Origin: Chiloscyllium plagiosum
Taxonomy: Eukaryota
NCBI RefSeq assembly: GCF_004010195.1
Contig: NC_057718.1
Location: 25,738,670 to 25,802,669 of the forward strand
DNA length: 64,000 nucleotides
Direction of reading: 5' to 3'
Positions 12,939 through 26,439 of the stretch are shown here, piece by piece. Under the pieces are notes generated by a model. That model was not told the origin of the DNA, ran no database searches, and saw only the letters and a list, made by a program, of their open reading frames with translations. Each line of letters starts with the position of its first letter. The stretch's first letter is position 1. Both the position numbers and the translations under genes were made by a program.

Positions 12939-15900
12939 TGTCAGAAGTCACACGAGACCAGGCTACAGTCCAACAGTTTATTTGAAATCACAAGTTTTTG
13001 GAGATTGCTCCTTTGTCAGGTGAAGTGAAGGGAAGCGCACAGGCACAGAATTTGTAGGCAGAACAATCAAAAGATCGTACAAATGGTGTGAGTGGAGTGT
13101 TGACAGGATGAATAACAAGTCTCTGCAGGTGATCAGAAGTGTCAACGGTGTGAGTTAAGTGTCACTAGCTGAATAGTAAGTGAAGGGATGACATATGATC
13201 TGATTAATTGAGACAGAGAGATAATTACAAAAAATTAAAAATAAGACGGTGCAGAAGACAAACCAAATTGCTGTAATAACATGATAGAACATAGAATGTA
13301 GAATGATACAGTGCAGAACAGGCCCATCGGCCCTCGATATTGTGCCGACCTGTGAACTGATCTAAGCCCTTACACTATCCCATCATCTTCCATGTATTGT
13401 TAAGGACCGCTTAAATGCCCTTAATGTGGCTGAGTTACCTGCATTGGCAGGTAGGGCATTCCACATCCTTACCACTCACTGAGTAAATAACCTACCTCTG
13501 ACATCTGTCTTAAATCTATCACCCCTCAATTTGCCGCTATGCCCCCTCGTACAAGCTGATCTCATCATCCTCGGAAAAAGAGTCTCACTGTCTACCCTAT
13601 CTAATCATCTGATCATCTTCTAATCTCTATTAAATCCCCTCTTAGCCTTCTTCTCTCAGACTCAAGTCCCTCAGCCTTTCCTCATAAGACCTTCCCTCCA
13701 GCCCAGGCAACATCCTTATAAATCTCCTCTGCACCTTTTCTAATGCTTCCACATGCTTCCTATAATAGAGTGACCAGAACTGTACACAATATTCCAAGTG
13801 AAGCTGCACTAGCGTTTTGTACAGTTGCAACATGACATCATGGTTCCAGAACTCAATCCCTCTACCAATAAAATCTAACACACCATTTGCTTTCTTAACA
13901 GCATTATGAATCTGGGTGGCAACTTTCAGGGTTCTAGTACATGGACTCCAAGATCCCTCTGTACATCCACTCTACCAAGAATCTTTCCTTTGACCCGATA
14001 TTCTGCCTTCCTGTTATTCTTCCCAAAGTGAATCACCTGACATTTATCTGCACTGACTCCATTTGCCACCTCTTAGACCAATTCTGCAGTTTATCCAAGT
14101 CCCCTGCAACCTGCAACATTCTTCCACACTGTCCACCACTCCACTGACTTTAGTGTCATCTACAAACTTACTAACCCATCCACCTATACCTGCGTCCAAG
14201 TCATTGATAAAAATGACAAATATCCGTGGTCCCAAAACAGATCCTTGTGGCACACCACTAGTTACCGAACTCCAGGCTGAATATTTTCCATCAACCACCA
14301 CTTACTGCTTTCTTTTAGAAAGCCAGTTTCTAATCCAAAATTGCTAAATCACCCTCAATCCCATGTCTCTGCATTTTCTCCAAAAGCCTACCATGTGGAA
14401 CCTTATCAAAGGCTTTACTGAAGTCCATGTATACCATGACAACTGCCCTACTCTCATCTACATGCTTGGTCACCTTCTCAAAAAACTCAGTGAGATTTGT
14501 GAGACACGACTTGCCCTTGACGAAACCATGTTGACTATCTGAAATCAAATTGTTGCTTGCCTAATAGCCCATATTTCCACTTCTCCTCTACAATACACTC
14601 CTTTTCCTGAGTGAAAGCTGATGAGAAATGTTCGTTTAGCTCCTCTCCAATCTCCTCAGTGTCCATACTCAACTTCCCACTTCTGTCTTTGACTGGTCCT
14701 ATTCCTACCCTAATCATCCTTTTATCCCTCACATACCTACAGAAAGCTTTTGGGTTTTCCTTTATTCGACCTGCTAAAGACTGCTCATGTCCCCTCCTTG
14801 GTCTTCTTAACTCTCTCTTTAATTCCTTCCTGGCTAATTTGTAACTCTCCATCGCCTCATCTGAACCACCTCATCTCAATGTCACATAAGCTTCCCTCTT
14901 CCACTTAACAAGAGATACAATTTCTTTAGTAAACCACAGTTCCCTTATCACTTCCTCCCTTCCTGACAGGGACATACCTATCAAGGACATGCAATATCAA
15001 TTCCTTAAACCAGCTCCACATTTCCATTGTCCCCATCCCCTGCATTTTGCTACCCCATTCTAGGCCTCCTAAGTCTTGCCTAATCGCATTATAATTGCCT
15101 TCCCCCATCTATGTCTCTTGCCCTGTGGCATGTACCTATCCCTTTCCATTGCTAAACTAAATGTAACCAAATTATGGTCACTCTCTCCAAAGTGCTCACC
15201 TACCACTAAATCAAACATCTGGCCTGGTTCATTACCAAATACCAGATCCAGTTTGGCCTCCCTTTTTGTCGGCCCTTCGACGTACTGTGTCAGGAAACCC
15301 TCCTGCACACATTGGACAAAAACGAGTCCATCCGACGTACTAGAGTTATCGCATTTCCAGTCAATGTTGGGGAAGTTTAAATCCCCCTGTTCCTTTCACT
15401 CCTGCCCAGAATAATTTTGTCAATTCTCTCTTCCACCTGCCTGGAACTTTGCAGAGGACGATAAAAAAACTCCAAGCAGTGTGACCTCTCCTCTCCTGTT
15501 TCTAACCTCAGTCCATCCCACCTCAATAGATGAGTCCTCATCAATAGTTCTTTCAGCCACTGTTATACTGTCCTTGATGAACAAAACCACACCTCCCCCT
15601 CTTTTACCACCTTCCCTGATCTTGATGAAAGATCTAAACCCTGGAACCTGCAATATCCATTCCTGACCCTGCTCTATCCATGTCTCCGAAATGGCCAATA
15701 CATCGAAGTCCCAGGTACCTATCCATGCTGCAAGCTCACCTATCTTATTCTGGATACATCTGGCGTTGAAGTAGACACACTTCAAACCAGCTTGCTGTCT
15801 GCCAGCACACTTCTGCGACCATGAAATCCTGTCCATATCCTCCCTACTCACATCCTCCTGTGAACTGGAACTACACCTCAGGTTCCCATCCCCCTGCTGA

Positions 15901-18548
15901 GCTAGTTTAAACCCATCCTTCCCACTTAGGATATTAGTAGCCCTCTGGTTCAAGTGAAGACCGTGTTGTTTGTAGAGGTCCCACTTTCCTCAGAATGAGC
16001 TGCAATTATCCATATATTTGAAACCCTCTGTCCTGCACCAGCCCTGCAGCCACATGTTCAGCTGATATCTCTCCCTGTTCCTCACTTCACTATCACGTGG
16101 CACAGGTAACAAACCAGAGTGAACAACACTATTTGTTCTAGTTTTCAGCTTCCACTCTAGCTCCCTGAAATCCTGTCATACATCCCTATCCCTCTTTCCA
16201 ACTACCTCGTTGATACCTATGTGAACCACGACTTGGGGCTGGTTACCCTCTCCCTCAGGACACCAAAGGCATGATCCGAGACATCACAGATCCTGGCACC
16301 TGGGAGGCAACACACCAACCGTGAGTCTCCTTTGTTCCCAACAAACCTTCTATCTGACCCTCTAACTATTGAGTCCCCAATGATAAACACTCTCCTCCTT
16401 TCTCCCCTTCCCTTCTGTTCAACAGGGACAGACTCCATACCAGAGACCTGCACCTCAGTGCATTCCCCTGCTAAGTCATCCCCCCCAGCAGTATCCAAAA
16501 CTGTATTCTTGTTTTTCAGGTGAACGACCAGAGGGGATCCCTGCACTGACTGTTGTTTCCCCCTTCTAACAGTTACCTAGCTTTCTTCGTGCCTAGGAGA
16601 AACTACTTCCTGGTAACTCTTATCTATCACAGACTCCGCCTCCCGAATAATCTGAAATTCATCCAGTTCCCACTCTAGTTCCCTAACGTGGTTTTACGAG
16701 GAGCAAGAGTTGGGTGCACTTCTAAGATGTACCTGGATGGGACACTAATGGCGTCTCTCACCTCAAACATCATGTAGGAGGAACATTCCTCTCCCTGCAC
16801 TGCCATCCCTGCTCGTCCCCTTATCAGAAAGTAAAAAAAGAGAAGCTTACCTGATTTGTCCCTGATGTTTAAGGTTAGAGGAGGTGGATGGGTGGGAGGC
16901 CCTACAATGGTAGGGTCTCGGGTTTAGAAAACACTCACTTATATAGCTGAGGGGAAATAAAAAGTCCATCCTTTCCCAGAAACCTCTACTTTCTGATGTC
17001 AGATGTAAAGATTTAAATTAGTTACTCACCTTTCCTGGTAAGCCACTAGTCCAAGCTCCCGCTCTTCCTGCTGCTGAAAACAGCAATGGAGAGCTCCAAA
17101 ATTCGAGGTAAGGTTTTAAACATTTAAATTAGTGACTCACCTTCCTTGGCAGGCCCCTCCTCCAAGCTTCCCCTCTTCTTGCTGCTGAAAACAGAAATAG
17201 GTATGAGTCCGCTCTGACCGAGGTGACAAGTAATCTGAAACTGTACAAATTAATTAAGGTGGAAAAGTTAGTTTAGATAACCCTAAACATGTTAAGGAAG
17301 CCATCCCCTATGGCCAAGCCCTGCATATGCACAGGATCTGCTCAGATGAAAGGAAGGTGATGGACAACTATAGATGCTGAAAGACGCCCTCATAAAATCC
17401 TGATCCAATGCACAATTCATTGATTGCTAGTTCTGACATGCCACAGTGAAAAACTGCAATGACCTCCTCGGAAGGTAGATGCAAGACACAAACCCTTCCA
17501 CAGCCATGTTCCACAGCCTTCAACATGTCATTGATGATGACAATCATTTTGCCAAGAGGAGCCCTAAGCCTCCACTTCTCACCTTCAAACAACAGCCAAA
17601 CCTTATACAGATCATTATTTGCAGCAAACTCCCCAGCCTTCAGGACAACATCGACCACAACACCACACAACCCTGTTATGCCACCTTCTGCAAGACATGC
17701 CAAATCATTTACATGGACACTACGATCAGACATGGGAACAGCACCCACCATGTACACAGCACATACTCATGTGCCTCAGCTAATCTTGTCTACCTCATGC
17801 GCTGCAGGCAAGGATGTTCCAAGGCAAGATATATAGGCGAGACCAAACAGATGCTATGACAACGGATGAATGGACACCGCACATAATCACCAGACAGGAA
17901 TGTTTCCTCCCAGTTGGGGAACACTTCAGCAGTCAGTCTCTGATCTTTGGGTAAGCATCTTCCAAGGCAGCCTTCGAGATACACGACAAGCAGAATCACC
18001 AGCAGAAACCGATAGCCAAACTCTGTACCCATGAAGACGGCCTCAAGCATGATCTTGGGTTCATGTCAGGCTACATCTGGCCCCACCACACTACTGTATC
18101 TGTAAAATCTTCCTTACTGTTCTGTTTTGATATCGTCATCTTGATAACTCGTAATGATTTCTCTATTGAATTAGTTTGCAAAGTTTTGGACTTCTTGTTA
18201 CTTTGGTTAGACTCTCACATTCTTTTACTTATCATGTTATCCCAGCCATTTGGCTTGTCTCGAGCATCATCTTATTTTTAACATTTCATAATTATCTCTC
18301 CACCTCAATTAATCGGATCATAAATCCTCCCTTCACTTGCTATTCAGCTGTTGACACTCCACTCACACCATTTGTAAATCTTTTGATCTCTCTGTCTATA
18401 AATTCTGTGCCTGTGTGCTTCTTTTCACTTCACCTGACAAAGCATGCCAAAGGCTTGTGATTTCAAATAAACCTGTTGGACTAAAACCTGGCGTTGTGTG
18501 ACTTCCGACCTTGTCCACCCCAGTCCAAAACCGGCACCACCAAATCAT
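12939..18548 (+). mobile_element. Penelope-like element (family B): inverted 3' arm (12939-13285 plus ~17198-17270) and sense RT-C-terminus/GIY-YIG body (~17280-18548), split by a CR1
   Basis: The body encodes KHVKEAIPYGQAL..RICSD (PLE RT end) and YSCASANLVYLMRC..C..RYIGETKQ (GIY-YIG). 12939-13285 is the reverse complement of ~18230-18510. Confidence 0.85.
13286..17197 (-). mobile_element. Near full-length decayed CR1 LINE: 5'UTR, ORF1 (zinc finger + SGNH esterase), ORF2 (APE + RT), 3' tail
   Basis: ORF1 start MAVQGEECSS.MMFEV at 16806. IIGDSIVRG and VCCLPGARI (esterase), LKCVYFNAR and GESDHN (endonuclease), QHGFVKGKSCLTNL, VPQGSVLGP and KFVDDTK (RT). Confidence 0.92.
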
Positions 18549-18564
18549 TCATAATGATTGAAGT

Positions 18565-19003
18565 AGAGTCATAAAGATGTACAGCACGGAAACAGACCCT
18601 TCTGTCTAACTAACCCTTGCCGATCACATATTCCACGTTAATCTAGTCCCATTTGCCAGCATTTGGCCCAAATCCCTTGAAGCCCTTCCAATTCACATAC
18701 CCATCCAGATACCTTTTAAATATAATTGTACCAGCTTCCACCACCTCCACTGGCAGCTCATTCCATTCACGCACCACTCTCTGCATGAAAATGTTTCCCC
18801 TCAGATTCCTTTTAAATCTTTCCCCTCCCACTTTAAACCTATGGCCTCTAGTTTTGGACTACACTACCCTGAAGAAAATACCTTGACTATTCACTCTATC
18901 CATGATTTTATAAACTTATATAAGATCACCCCTCAGCCTCTGATGCTCCAGGGAAAATAGCCCCAGCCTGTTTAACCTCTCCCTATAGCTCAAACACTCC
19001 AAT
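18565..19003 (-). mobile_element. CR1 LINE 3' fragment
   Basis: SYRERLNRLGLFSLE and RVVREWNELP motifs, CR1 tail. Confidence 0.88.
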
Positions 19004-20099
19004 TCTGAATCAACTTTAATTCCATTTTCTTCGTGGTGGTGAACTAAAAATATTGGTGCTTTCATTGATGCTGTAGAATGTATTACAGCTGGGGCTTGTG
19101 TAGCTAAGGACTGGTGCTCACCTGTGCAGAATTCTAGGATCCCAGAATTAAACACTGGTCATATCCGAGAGGGTAAAAAGAGATCCAGAGCTCCCAATTT
19201 TGATTGCTGTCTAGTGACCCAACAGGGAATAAGTGATTGTTGTTTTCTGATGAGGACAAGATCAGACTTCATTGTGGCTAAATTGTCTACATTCCTGCAA
19301 CAATGCAGTCAGTGAGCTGTTGGGACACTGCCTGTGTATGTGGGAACATTAGCTAACATGGACCACTCTTCCGGAGAACAGGGAAGAAAACAGGTGGGGA
19401 GACAGATTGTTAAAAGCATAATGAACACACTCACATACACACACACAAAAAGAGTAGATGACATTAGCAGAAATCACTGTCTTTATGACTGAATGGATTA
19501 GTTCTGCACTGAATCACAGAAGTTTGAGTTGTTGATGCAATGCCATGGTTTTTTGTTATTGCTGTCTAAATTGAATTCTTTGAGCCCTGACGTCTGGTAG
19601 TTCTCGATGGAGGAATCTTACAGTGAGAGTCTGGAGATCTGAAATTGGCTCCATTATGAAGGGTCAATGTATTTAACTGCTGCACTAAACAGATGAAGGG
19701 TGAGGAAAAACAAAAGGGACAAAAGCTTTCACTGTAAGACCCACAGTAAAATGTGATTTAGTAAAATAGCCATGAAGCCAACAGATGGAAATTGTTCCTA
19801 TGTGGAGCTTGAATGGTTCATTGTAAGCAGGTGGAACATAGAGATATTCTTTGGACATAAATTCAGAAAGCATACAGACGGTAGCATAGAAAAACATGCA
19901 ATCATTGCAAAAATGAGTTCTGAGAAAACAACTTCACAGTTGCATTTTCATTTTTCAAGAAATTTTTGACCATTGACAAATAAAGTACAAGACTATATTG
20001 TCTTCACACATTCCCATCCTGCAAGTGCTTTCCTCAAAGTAGTCCTTGGTTGTTCTTGCATTTTCAAGCTGGTAAAAGGTAGATCGGGATGTTACTCAT

Positions 20100-20824
20100 G
20101 CCACCCTACACATGGACAGCACAGAGGTGGAACGAGTGGAGAGTGTCAAACTCCTGGGAATAGTCATCCACAACAAGCTTTCTTGGACTCCTCATGTGAA
20201 TGCATTGGTTACAAAGACCCAACAATGTCTCTTCTTCAACAGGCAGCTGACGAAGTTTAGCATGATGGCGAATACCCCTTGCCAAATTTTATAGTTGTGC
20301 CATCGAGTGCATTCTGTCTGGATGTATCACTACCTGGTATGGCAACTGTACCATTCAAGATTGGAGACGGTTACAGAGAGTGGTGAACTCGGCCCGGACA
20401 ATCACAATGGCCAACCTCCCATCTAAAGAATCCATCTACCAGGCCCACTGTCAAGGAAAGGCTGCCAGCATTCTCATCTACCAGGCCCACTGTCAAGGAA
20501 AGGCTGCCAGCATTCTCACAGATCCAACCCACCCTGGCAATGCCTTTCTACAACCTCTACCATCGGGGAGAAGGTACAGAAGCCTGAACACACACTAGCC
20601 GATTTTGTAACAGTTTCTACCCTACTGTTGTTAGAATACAGAATGGACTCACAAACTCTTAACATTTGCCTGTACTTGTGTTTTTGCTTTTTTTACTGTT
20701 TACCTATTATTTACTTATTTATGCTACTTAACTATGTGATCTGCCTGTTTTGCTCATAAGACAAAGTTTTCACTGTCCCTCGGTACATATTGACAATAAA
20801 TTCAATTCAATTCAATTCATTTCA
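20100..20824 (+). mobile_element. Rex1/Babar-type LINE 3' fragment
   Basis: VERVESVKLLG..LSWTPHV..KTQQCLFF.RQL, DPTHPG..LPSGRRYRS. Ends in aataaa followed by a (ttcaa)n tail. Contains an internal 42-bp tandem duplication. Confidence 0.8.
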
Positions 20825-22749
20825 GACATGGGCAATTTTGCCTGGAAATTGACAGGTGATAGAGGTGGATAAGCCATTGCCTCAGACTATCCTTAAATTA
20901 CTTCCTCTCCATTCTGCATGCAGTAAGGATCCACCTTCCTCCCTATTGTTTGGTGGCTTCCCTCTGGCGGCTGTTGTACAATGTAATGGTACTGAGAGGT
21001 TTAAAATTTAAGACTGCAATATGTTCAACACTGTATGACAATGTCAGAGGGACCTGGGTGGGAAAGGCAGATCATCTTACCATCTCAAAGAGGACCGACC
21101 TGTTGCCCTAGATCACCTCAGGTTCATGGTAACAATGGCTAGCTAATGTACGTTCTACTGGATTGGTATCATACTATAGTAAATGAATAGTTTTTTGAAT
21201 GAACACGTGTTCCATCACTCAGCCCTCACAACAACCTTGTGTCATATTTGTTTACAAATTCAGAAGACGATATTATTACGCCCTTTGAACAAATAGCTTA
21301 ATTAAATGATGACTTCTCGCATCAGAAGTTCAGAAGGTCATCAATTTTTCCAACTGCGATTACATTTTGCAGACATAGGTTGTGATGTTTAATCAAACTT
21401 ACTTTGCATAGTTTCATACCAGCAGCTTTATAAAAGGTTAAATTTACATCTCTATTTTACCATTGTGGAACATAGGCACTGTGCCAGGAGTGTCTGTAAA
21501 GTGGGATAGAAGATTGGAACGGAAATGATCAGTGACCTATCTTCTGTTGTGTATCTTGAGCCAAGTTTTGGAAGGAAGTATCATTGCTTGACTATGAATA
21601 ATGTGTGTGTTGGACAAACATGATGTCAACAAGAGGACACGGAGAAAGAAGCAATTTATCAAAACAAGTAATCACTGTGCTAGCTAATTTAATTTATCAA
21701 AGGTCTTATGTATAGACCGAGCTTCAGATGTGTGGGTAGTACACATAATGCATCAGACTGTTCTGACTGGGGTAGCTATCTCAGGAAGTAATCAGAAAAC
21801 ACTTTGCCACAATATACTTCCTTCATCGTCTCTCAGCAGGACACTTTCAAACTCCTGTGATTGCTTGAAGAAATGTTACAATTTTGATAAAAGTTATGAT
21901 GAGGGTACTGCAGCAATTGCAAGTGCTAGAGGTACAGTGACCTTCAAGTGAACTTGTAACTAGGACTCGTGGACAGAATGGTAACTGTTGCTTGTTGCCA
22001 GGCTTGGGGTTTCCAGGCAATTATGTTTTTTAAAATCTTTTATTAGTTAATTGATATTTATTCACTAATAATATGAATGTACAGTTATATTAGTGCCAGC
22101 TAAGCCCCTGGATGATGGTCCAGTTAAAGTGTTGCAGACATTACTGATTTCAGCATGCACAGACACTCACAAAGGTCAACAGCATGCCTGTATTGTTGCT
22201 GGTATACCACTACACAGTAAGTCTTCATTAGTTCAGTGGTCATTTTCTTGTCATACCAGTATTGAACAGTGGGTGTTGCTAGTGCAGGTTTCTGAAATAA
22301 TATTTCTGCCTCAGCCTGCTTTTTAATTAGCATGTAATCCCTTACTTGGATTTCATTTCAAAGATTCCATTTATTTAAATGAGTACACAAATAAGAGAAA
22401 GGAGAGAAAATAATAATACATTTACCAGATGACACCAAGTGGATAATTTACATACACACTGGTATTATTGATAATGTGATACATGTTTTAACCGTTAAGC
22501 AAATTGTTCTGTGAAGGTTTTGCCCTTAAGTGAATCCCAGATAGCTATTTATAACAGGTTAGCAATCATTATTTGTGACATTGGGTTATAAATGATTGTA
22601 TGTTTTTCTGTCTGTCTCCTTTCACCTGCAGCCATCTGTCTCATGAACTGCTGACTGTTTGCATCTTGTTGTTGAATCCTTTGTTCAGTGAACCTGGAAT
22701 AGTCTGCCCAAGCCACTAGCCTAAGCAATAGTTATGGAGATCATATCAC

Positions 22750-23190
22750 CTCTACAGTGTGGAAGCAGGCCATTCAGCCCATCGATTCCACACCGACCCT
22801 AAGAGCATCCCATCCATCTCTGTCTCTGTAACCCTGCATTTCCCATGGCTAATCCACTTAGCCTGAACACCCTTGGGCACGATGGGCAATTTAGCATGAC
22901 CAATCCACCCAACCTGCAGATCTTTGGATTGTGAGAGAAAACAGAAGCACCCAGAGAAATTCCCACGCAGACACAGGGAGAATGTGCAAACTCCACACGG
23001 ACAGTCGCCCAAGGTAAAAACAATGACTGCAGATGCTGGAAACCAGAGTTTAGATTAGAGTGGTGCTGGAAAAACACAGTTCAGTCAGCATCCAAGGAGC
23101 AGTAAAATCGACATTTCGGGCAAAAGCCCTTCATCAGGTATACGCCCAAGTGTGGAATGCTATCTGGGTCCCTGCACTCTGAGGCAGCAG
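22750..23190 (-). mobile_element. HE1-type SINE interrupted by a PLE-derived element
   Basis: cagtgtggaagcaggcc...gggagaatgtgcaaactccacac...gaggcagcagtggtaatcca. Confidence 0.8.
23014..23142 (-). mobile_element. PLE-derived short element (family A) with hammerhead core
   Basis: 8-bp TSD cgcccaag (23006-23013 / 23143-23150). Minus strand CTGATGA A GGGC TTTT GCCC GAAAT GTC GATT. Confidence 0.85.
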
Positions 23191-23623
23191 TGGTAATCCA
23201 GGCTTCCCAGATCATACAGCTCCCCCTCTTGAACCCATCCTCAGTTGGGACCAAAGCAATGTGGAACACCATGTGTAGTATCAGTTTTACTGAAGGATTT
23301 TCAGGCAAGATGACAATGTCAGCCATCATCCCAGTTTTAGATTGCACTCCAGATTTTGGGTTAGAGTGTATTACCTTTCCTTTAAACTTTGTGAGCTATA
23401 AAGCAGTGGGTCTGTTTGGTCACAGTTGGAAATTCAGATCAAGATACACCAGAGTACATGCACTGAACAGTGAGCCACTATGCTGCCTCTTTGAGAGCCA
23501 AATTCCTCTGGATTCTTCAGAAACTTTAATTTTGTGGATGCAAGGGACACAGTTTCCATGTGCCACCACTAGGAGGCAGAGCTGCAGCCTTGTAATTGGA
23601 GGGACCATGTACTGACAGGGAAG

Positions 23624-23790
23624 TCATGATTTGGAGATGCTGGTGTTGGACTGGGGTGTACAAAGTTAAAAATCACACAACACCAGGTTATAGCCCAACA
23701 GGTTTAATTGGAAGCACGCTAGCTTCAAAAGCTAGTGTGCTTCCAATTAAACCTGTTGGACTATAACCTGGTGTTGTGTGATTTTTAACT
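23624..23790. mobile_element. Fold-back PLE-derived element (family B-related) forming a ~127-nt hairpin
   Basis: 12-bp TSD ctgacagggaag (23612-23623 / 23791-23802). 23664-23790 is a near-perfect palindrome. Confidence 0.85.
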
Positions 23791-24389
23791 CTGACAGGGA
23801 AGGACTTAGATGTTTTATTGTCCATATCACCTTGCGATGAGCCAGTGGTATGAGAAACACATTGGCACACTAAAAGCAAGAACTAGACTACCTTTATTTA
23901 CTCATGCTCAAATCTCAACACATTAAAATGTTGAACACAGAACTGCTGTTTATTACTCTGATCCTACATTATTACATCTTATTTGTGGAGTTGCCCTGAG
24001 AATTCCTTGCTGTCTCACTTCAGACACCATGCCCTGAACCATCATTGGCATAAATGATTCCCATGTTGATCCATAGTTATTGTGAGCATGGTACCGCGAT
24101 GGTGTCCTGTTGTCCTTTTAGGCTGGCTGAACAGGAAACTTTCCCATCCTTACTACCTGCTATTGTTATATGTTGGAAAGATATACAAGTTGATACCCAG
24201 TCTGCCTGGTTATGTAATAATGACATCTTCCTTGGTCATCAAGTCATATAGGTGGGCCTTGATCCCAGACCTTCTGACTCAGAGACAGGAGTACTAGCCT
24301 GTGTGACAATACCTCCCTGAGGTATGCCTATATATCAATCAGATTCAATGTCAAACACTAAAATAAGCATTTTAATGGAAGAGCATGCT

Positions 24390-24720
24390 AAAATCGCTGT
24401 AGAAACTAATGGCAAAAGAGAAATAACTGATGTTTGACCTGAAACCACTTTAAATGTGCTACTGTTAATGTCAAGAAATGGAGTCTAAGGGAATCTCAGT
24501 TTTATTATGGCATCTAAAAGCATCCACAAAGATGTTTACTCAGGAAACTGAGGAAACAAAGCCCTTGACAAACCTCAGCAAAACGGCAATAATCTTTTGG
24601 AGCTAATGAACAGCCAAAATATAAACACATTTTTATAGTTAAACACCAACAGTCTGCTTATGTCGATCTATTTGATGAAAACCTTTGATAGATGAAAACA
24701 GAAGGAAAACTAGATTTTAG
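24390..24720 (+). repeat. Copy 1 of a diverged ~330-bp duplicated unit (copy 2 at ~32250-32600)
   Basis: Shared blocks actcaggaaact, caaacct.agcaa, gttaaacacca.cag, tgaaaacagaaggaa and agatttt.gg. Confidence 0.75.
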
Positions 24721-25240
24721 GGTTTAGGATGTCATGTTGCAGCTTTAGAGGACATTGGTGTGGCAACTTTTGGACTACAGCGTGCAATTCTTGTTGCCTT
24801 GTGGTAAGAAGGATGTAGTTAAACTAGGAAGGGTAGAGAAAAAATTTACAAAGATAAATGTTGCTAGGATTGGAGTGTTTGAGTTATAAGGAGAGGCTGA
24901 ATAAGCTTAAATGTTTTTCTCTGGAGTGTTGGAGGTTGAGGGGTGACCGTATTGAGGTTTATAAAATCATGAGGGACTCAGAAAGGATGAATAGCTGAGA
25001 TCTTTTTTTCTAGATGTAACAGAGTCCAGATCTAAAGGGTATAGGTTTAAGGTGGGACGGGGAAGATTTAAAAGAGACCTGAGGCACAACTTTTTCACAC
25101 TGAGGGTGCTTCGTGTATGGAATGATCTGCCAGAGGAAGTGGTAGAGGTGGGTACAATTATCACTTTTTAAAAGTTCATCAATAACAAAGGTTTAGAGGG
25201 ATATGAACCAAGCACAGACAAGTGGGACTCGTTAAGTTTA
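24720..25240 (+). mobile_element. CR1 3' fragment
   Basis: Decayed CR1 C-terminal coding sequence (gtatggaatgatctgccagaggaagtgg). Confidence 0.85.
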
Positions 25241-25639
25241 GTACTCACTGATATGTCTGCATAACTTCTACCTCATATGTCAGGTCTATTTTAGAACTCA
25301 GTGGCATTACTTACTCAGATTCTCTATTCCATGCTTCATCTTGGATCATGCTGGATTGATGGGTCGAATGGCCTTCCTTTAATTACACTGAGGTGCCAAG
25401 GCTGCTGTGGATTACCATTTGTTGCTGTTGAACGTGATCCTCAAATTTGAAATGTTTGTAGGATTTGTGGTTGTAATGGTAACTGCCCATGGTCCTTTCT
25501 TGGTATCTACCTACAAGCAGCTTGGAGAAAGAAAGAGAGAGAAAAAGAAAGAAACTTCAAATTCAGTGAGGTAGTTTTAAATGAATTTCCTGTTTTATAC
25601 ACAATTGTGGGAGGTAATTTTGCACAGCAAGGTACCATA

Positions 25640-26365
25640 AGCCTTCATTGGTCAGAACATTGAGTAGAGGAGTTGGGATGTCATGTTGTGGCTGTGCAGG
25701 ATGTTGATAAGGCCACTTTTAGAATGTAGCGAACAATCCTGGCTGCCCTTCAATTAGAAAAGGTTTTGTTAAACTTTAGAGGATGCAGAAGAAATTCAGA
25801 AGGATGGTGCTGGGACTGTGGGGTTTGAGCTATAGGGAGAGACTGAATAGGCTGGGGCTGTTTTTCCTGGAGTGTTGGAGAGAGACTGAATAGGCTGGGG
25901 CTGTTTTTCCTGGAGTGTTGGAGGCGGAGGGGTGACCTTATAGAGGTTTGTGAAATCATGAGGGGTATAGACAGGGTGAATCGCCAAGGTCTTTTTCCAA
26001 GGGTGGGCATGTCAAAAACTAGTGGGCATAGGTTTAAGGTGAGAGGGGAAAGATTTAAAAGGGACCTGAAGGTAACCTTTTCACACAGAGGGTGGTGGGT
26101 GCATGGAAGGGTTACCAGAGGAAGTGGGGTAGGCTGGTACGTTACAATATTTAAAAGGCATGTGGTTGGGTATATGAGTATGAAGGTTAAGAGTGATGCA
26201 GGCCAAATGCTGGCAAATGGGACGAGGTCAGATTGAGATGTCTGGTCAGCGTGAACGAGTGGATTGAAGGGTCTGTTTCCGTGCTGTAGAACTATGGCTC
26301 TTTGGAGACCTGGTCAGCATGGACAAGCTGGACCAAAGGATCAGTTTCTGTTCTGTATGACTCTA
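25640..26365 (+). mobile_element. CR1 3' fragment with internal 43-bp tandem duplication and doubled tail
   Basis: MRGIDRVNRQGLFP.. ORF. Repeat at 25837-25923. Two successive 3' tails ending ~26300 and ~26365. Confidence 0.85.
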
Positions 26366-26439
26366 GGAATAATTCATGAGCTACGAAGCTTTCCTTCAGC
26401 ATAATAGCTGTCCCTACCAAAATTTCATCACAATACAAC

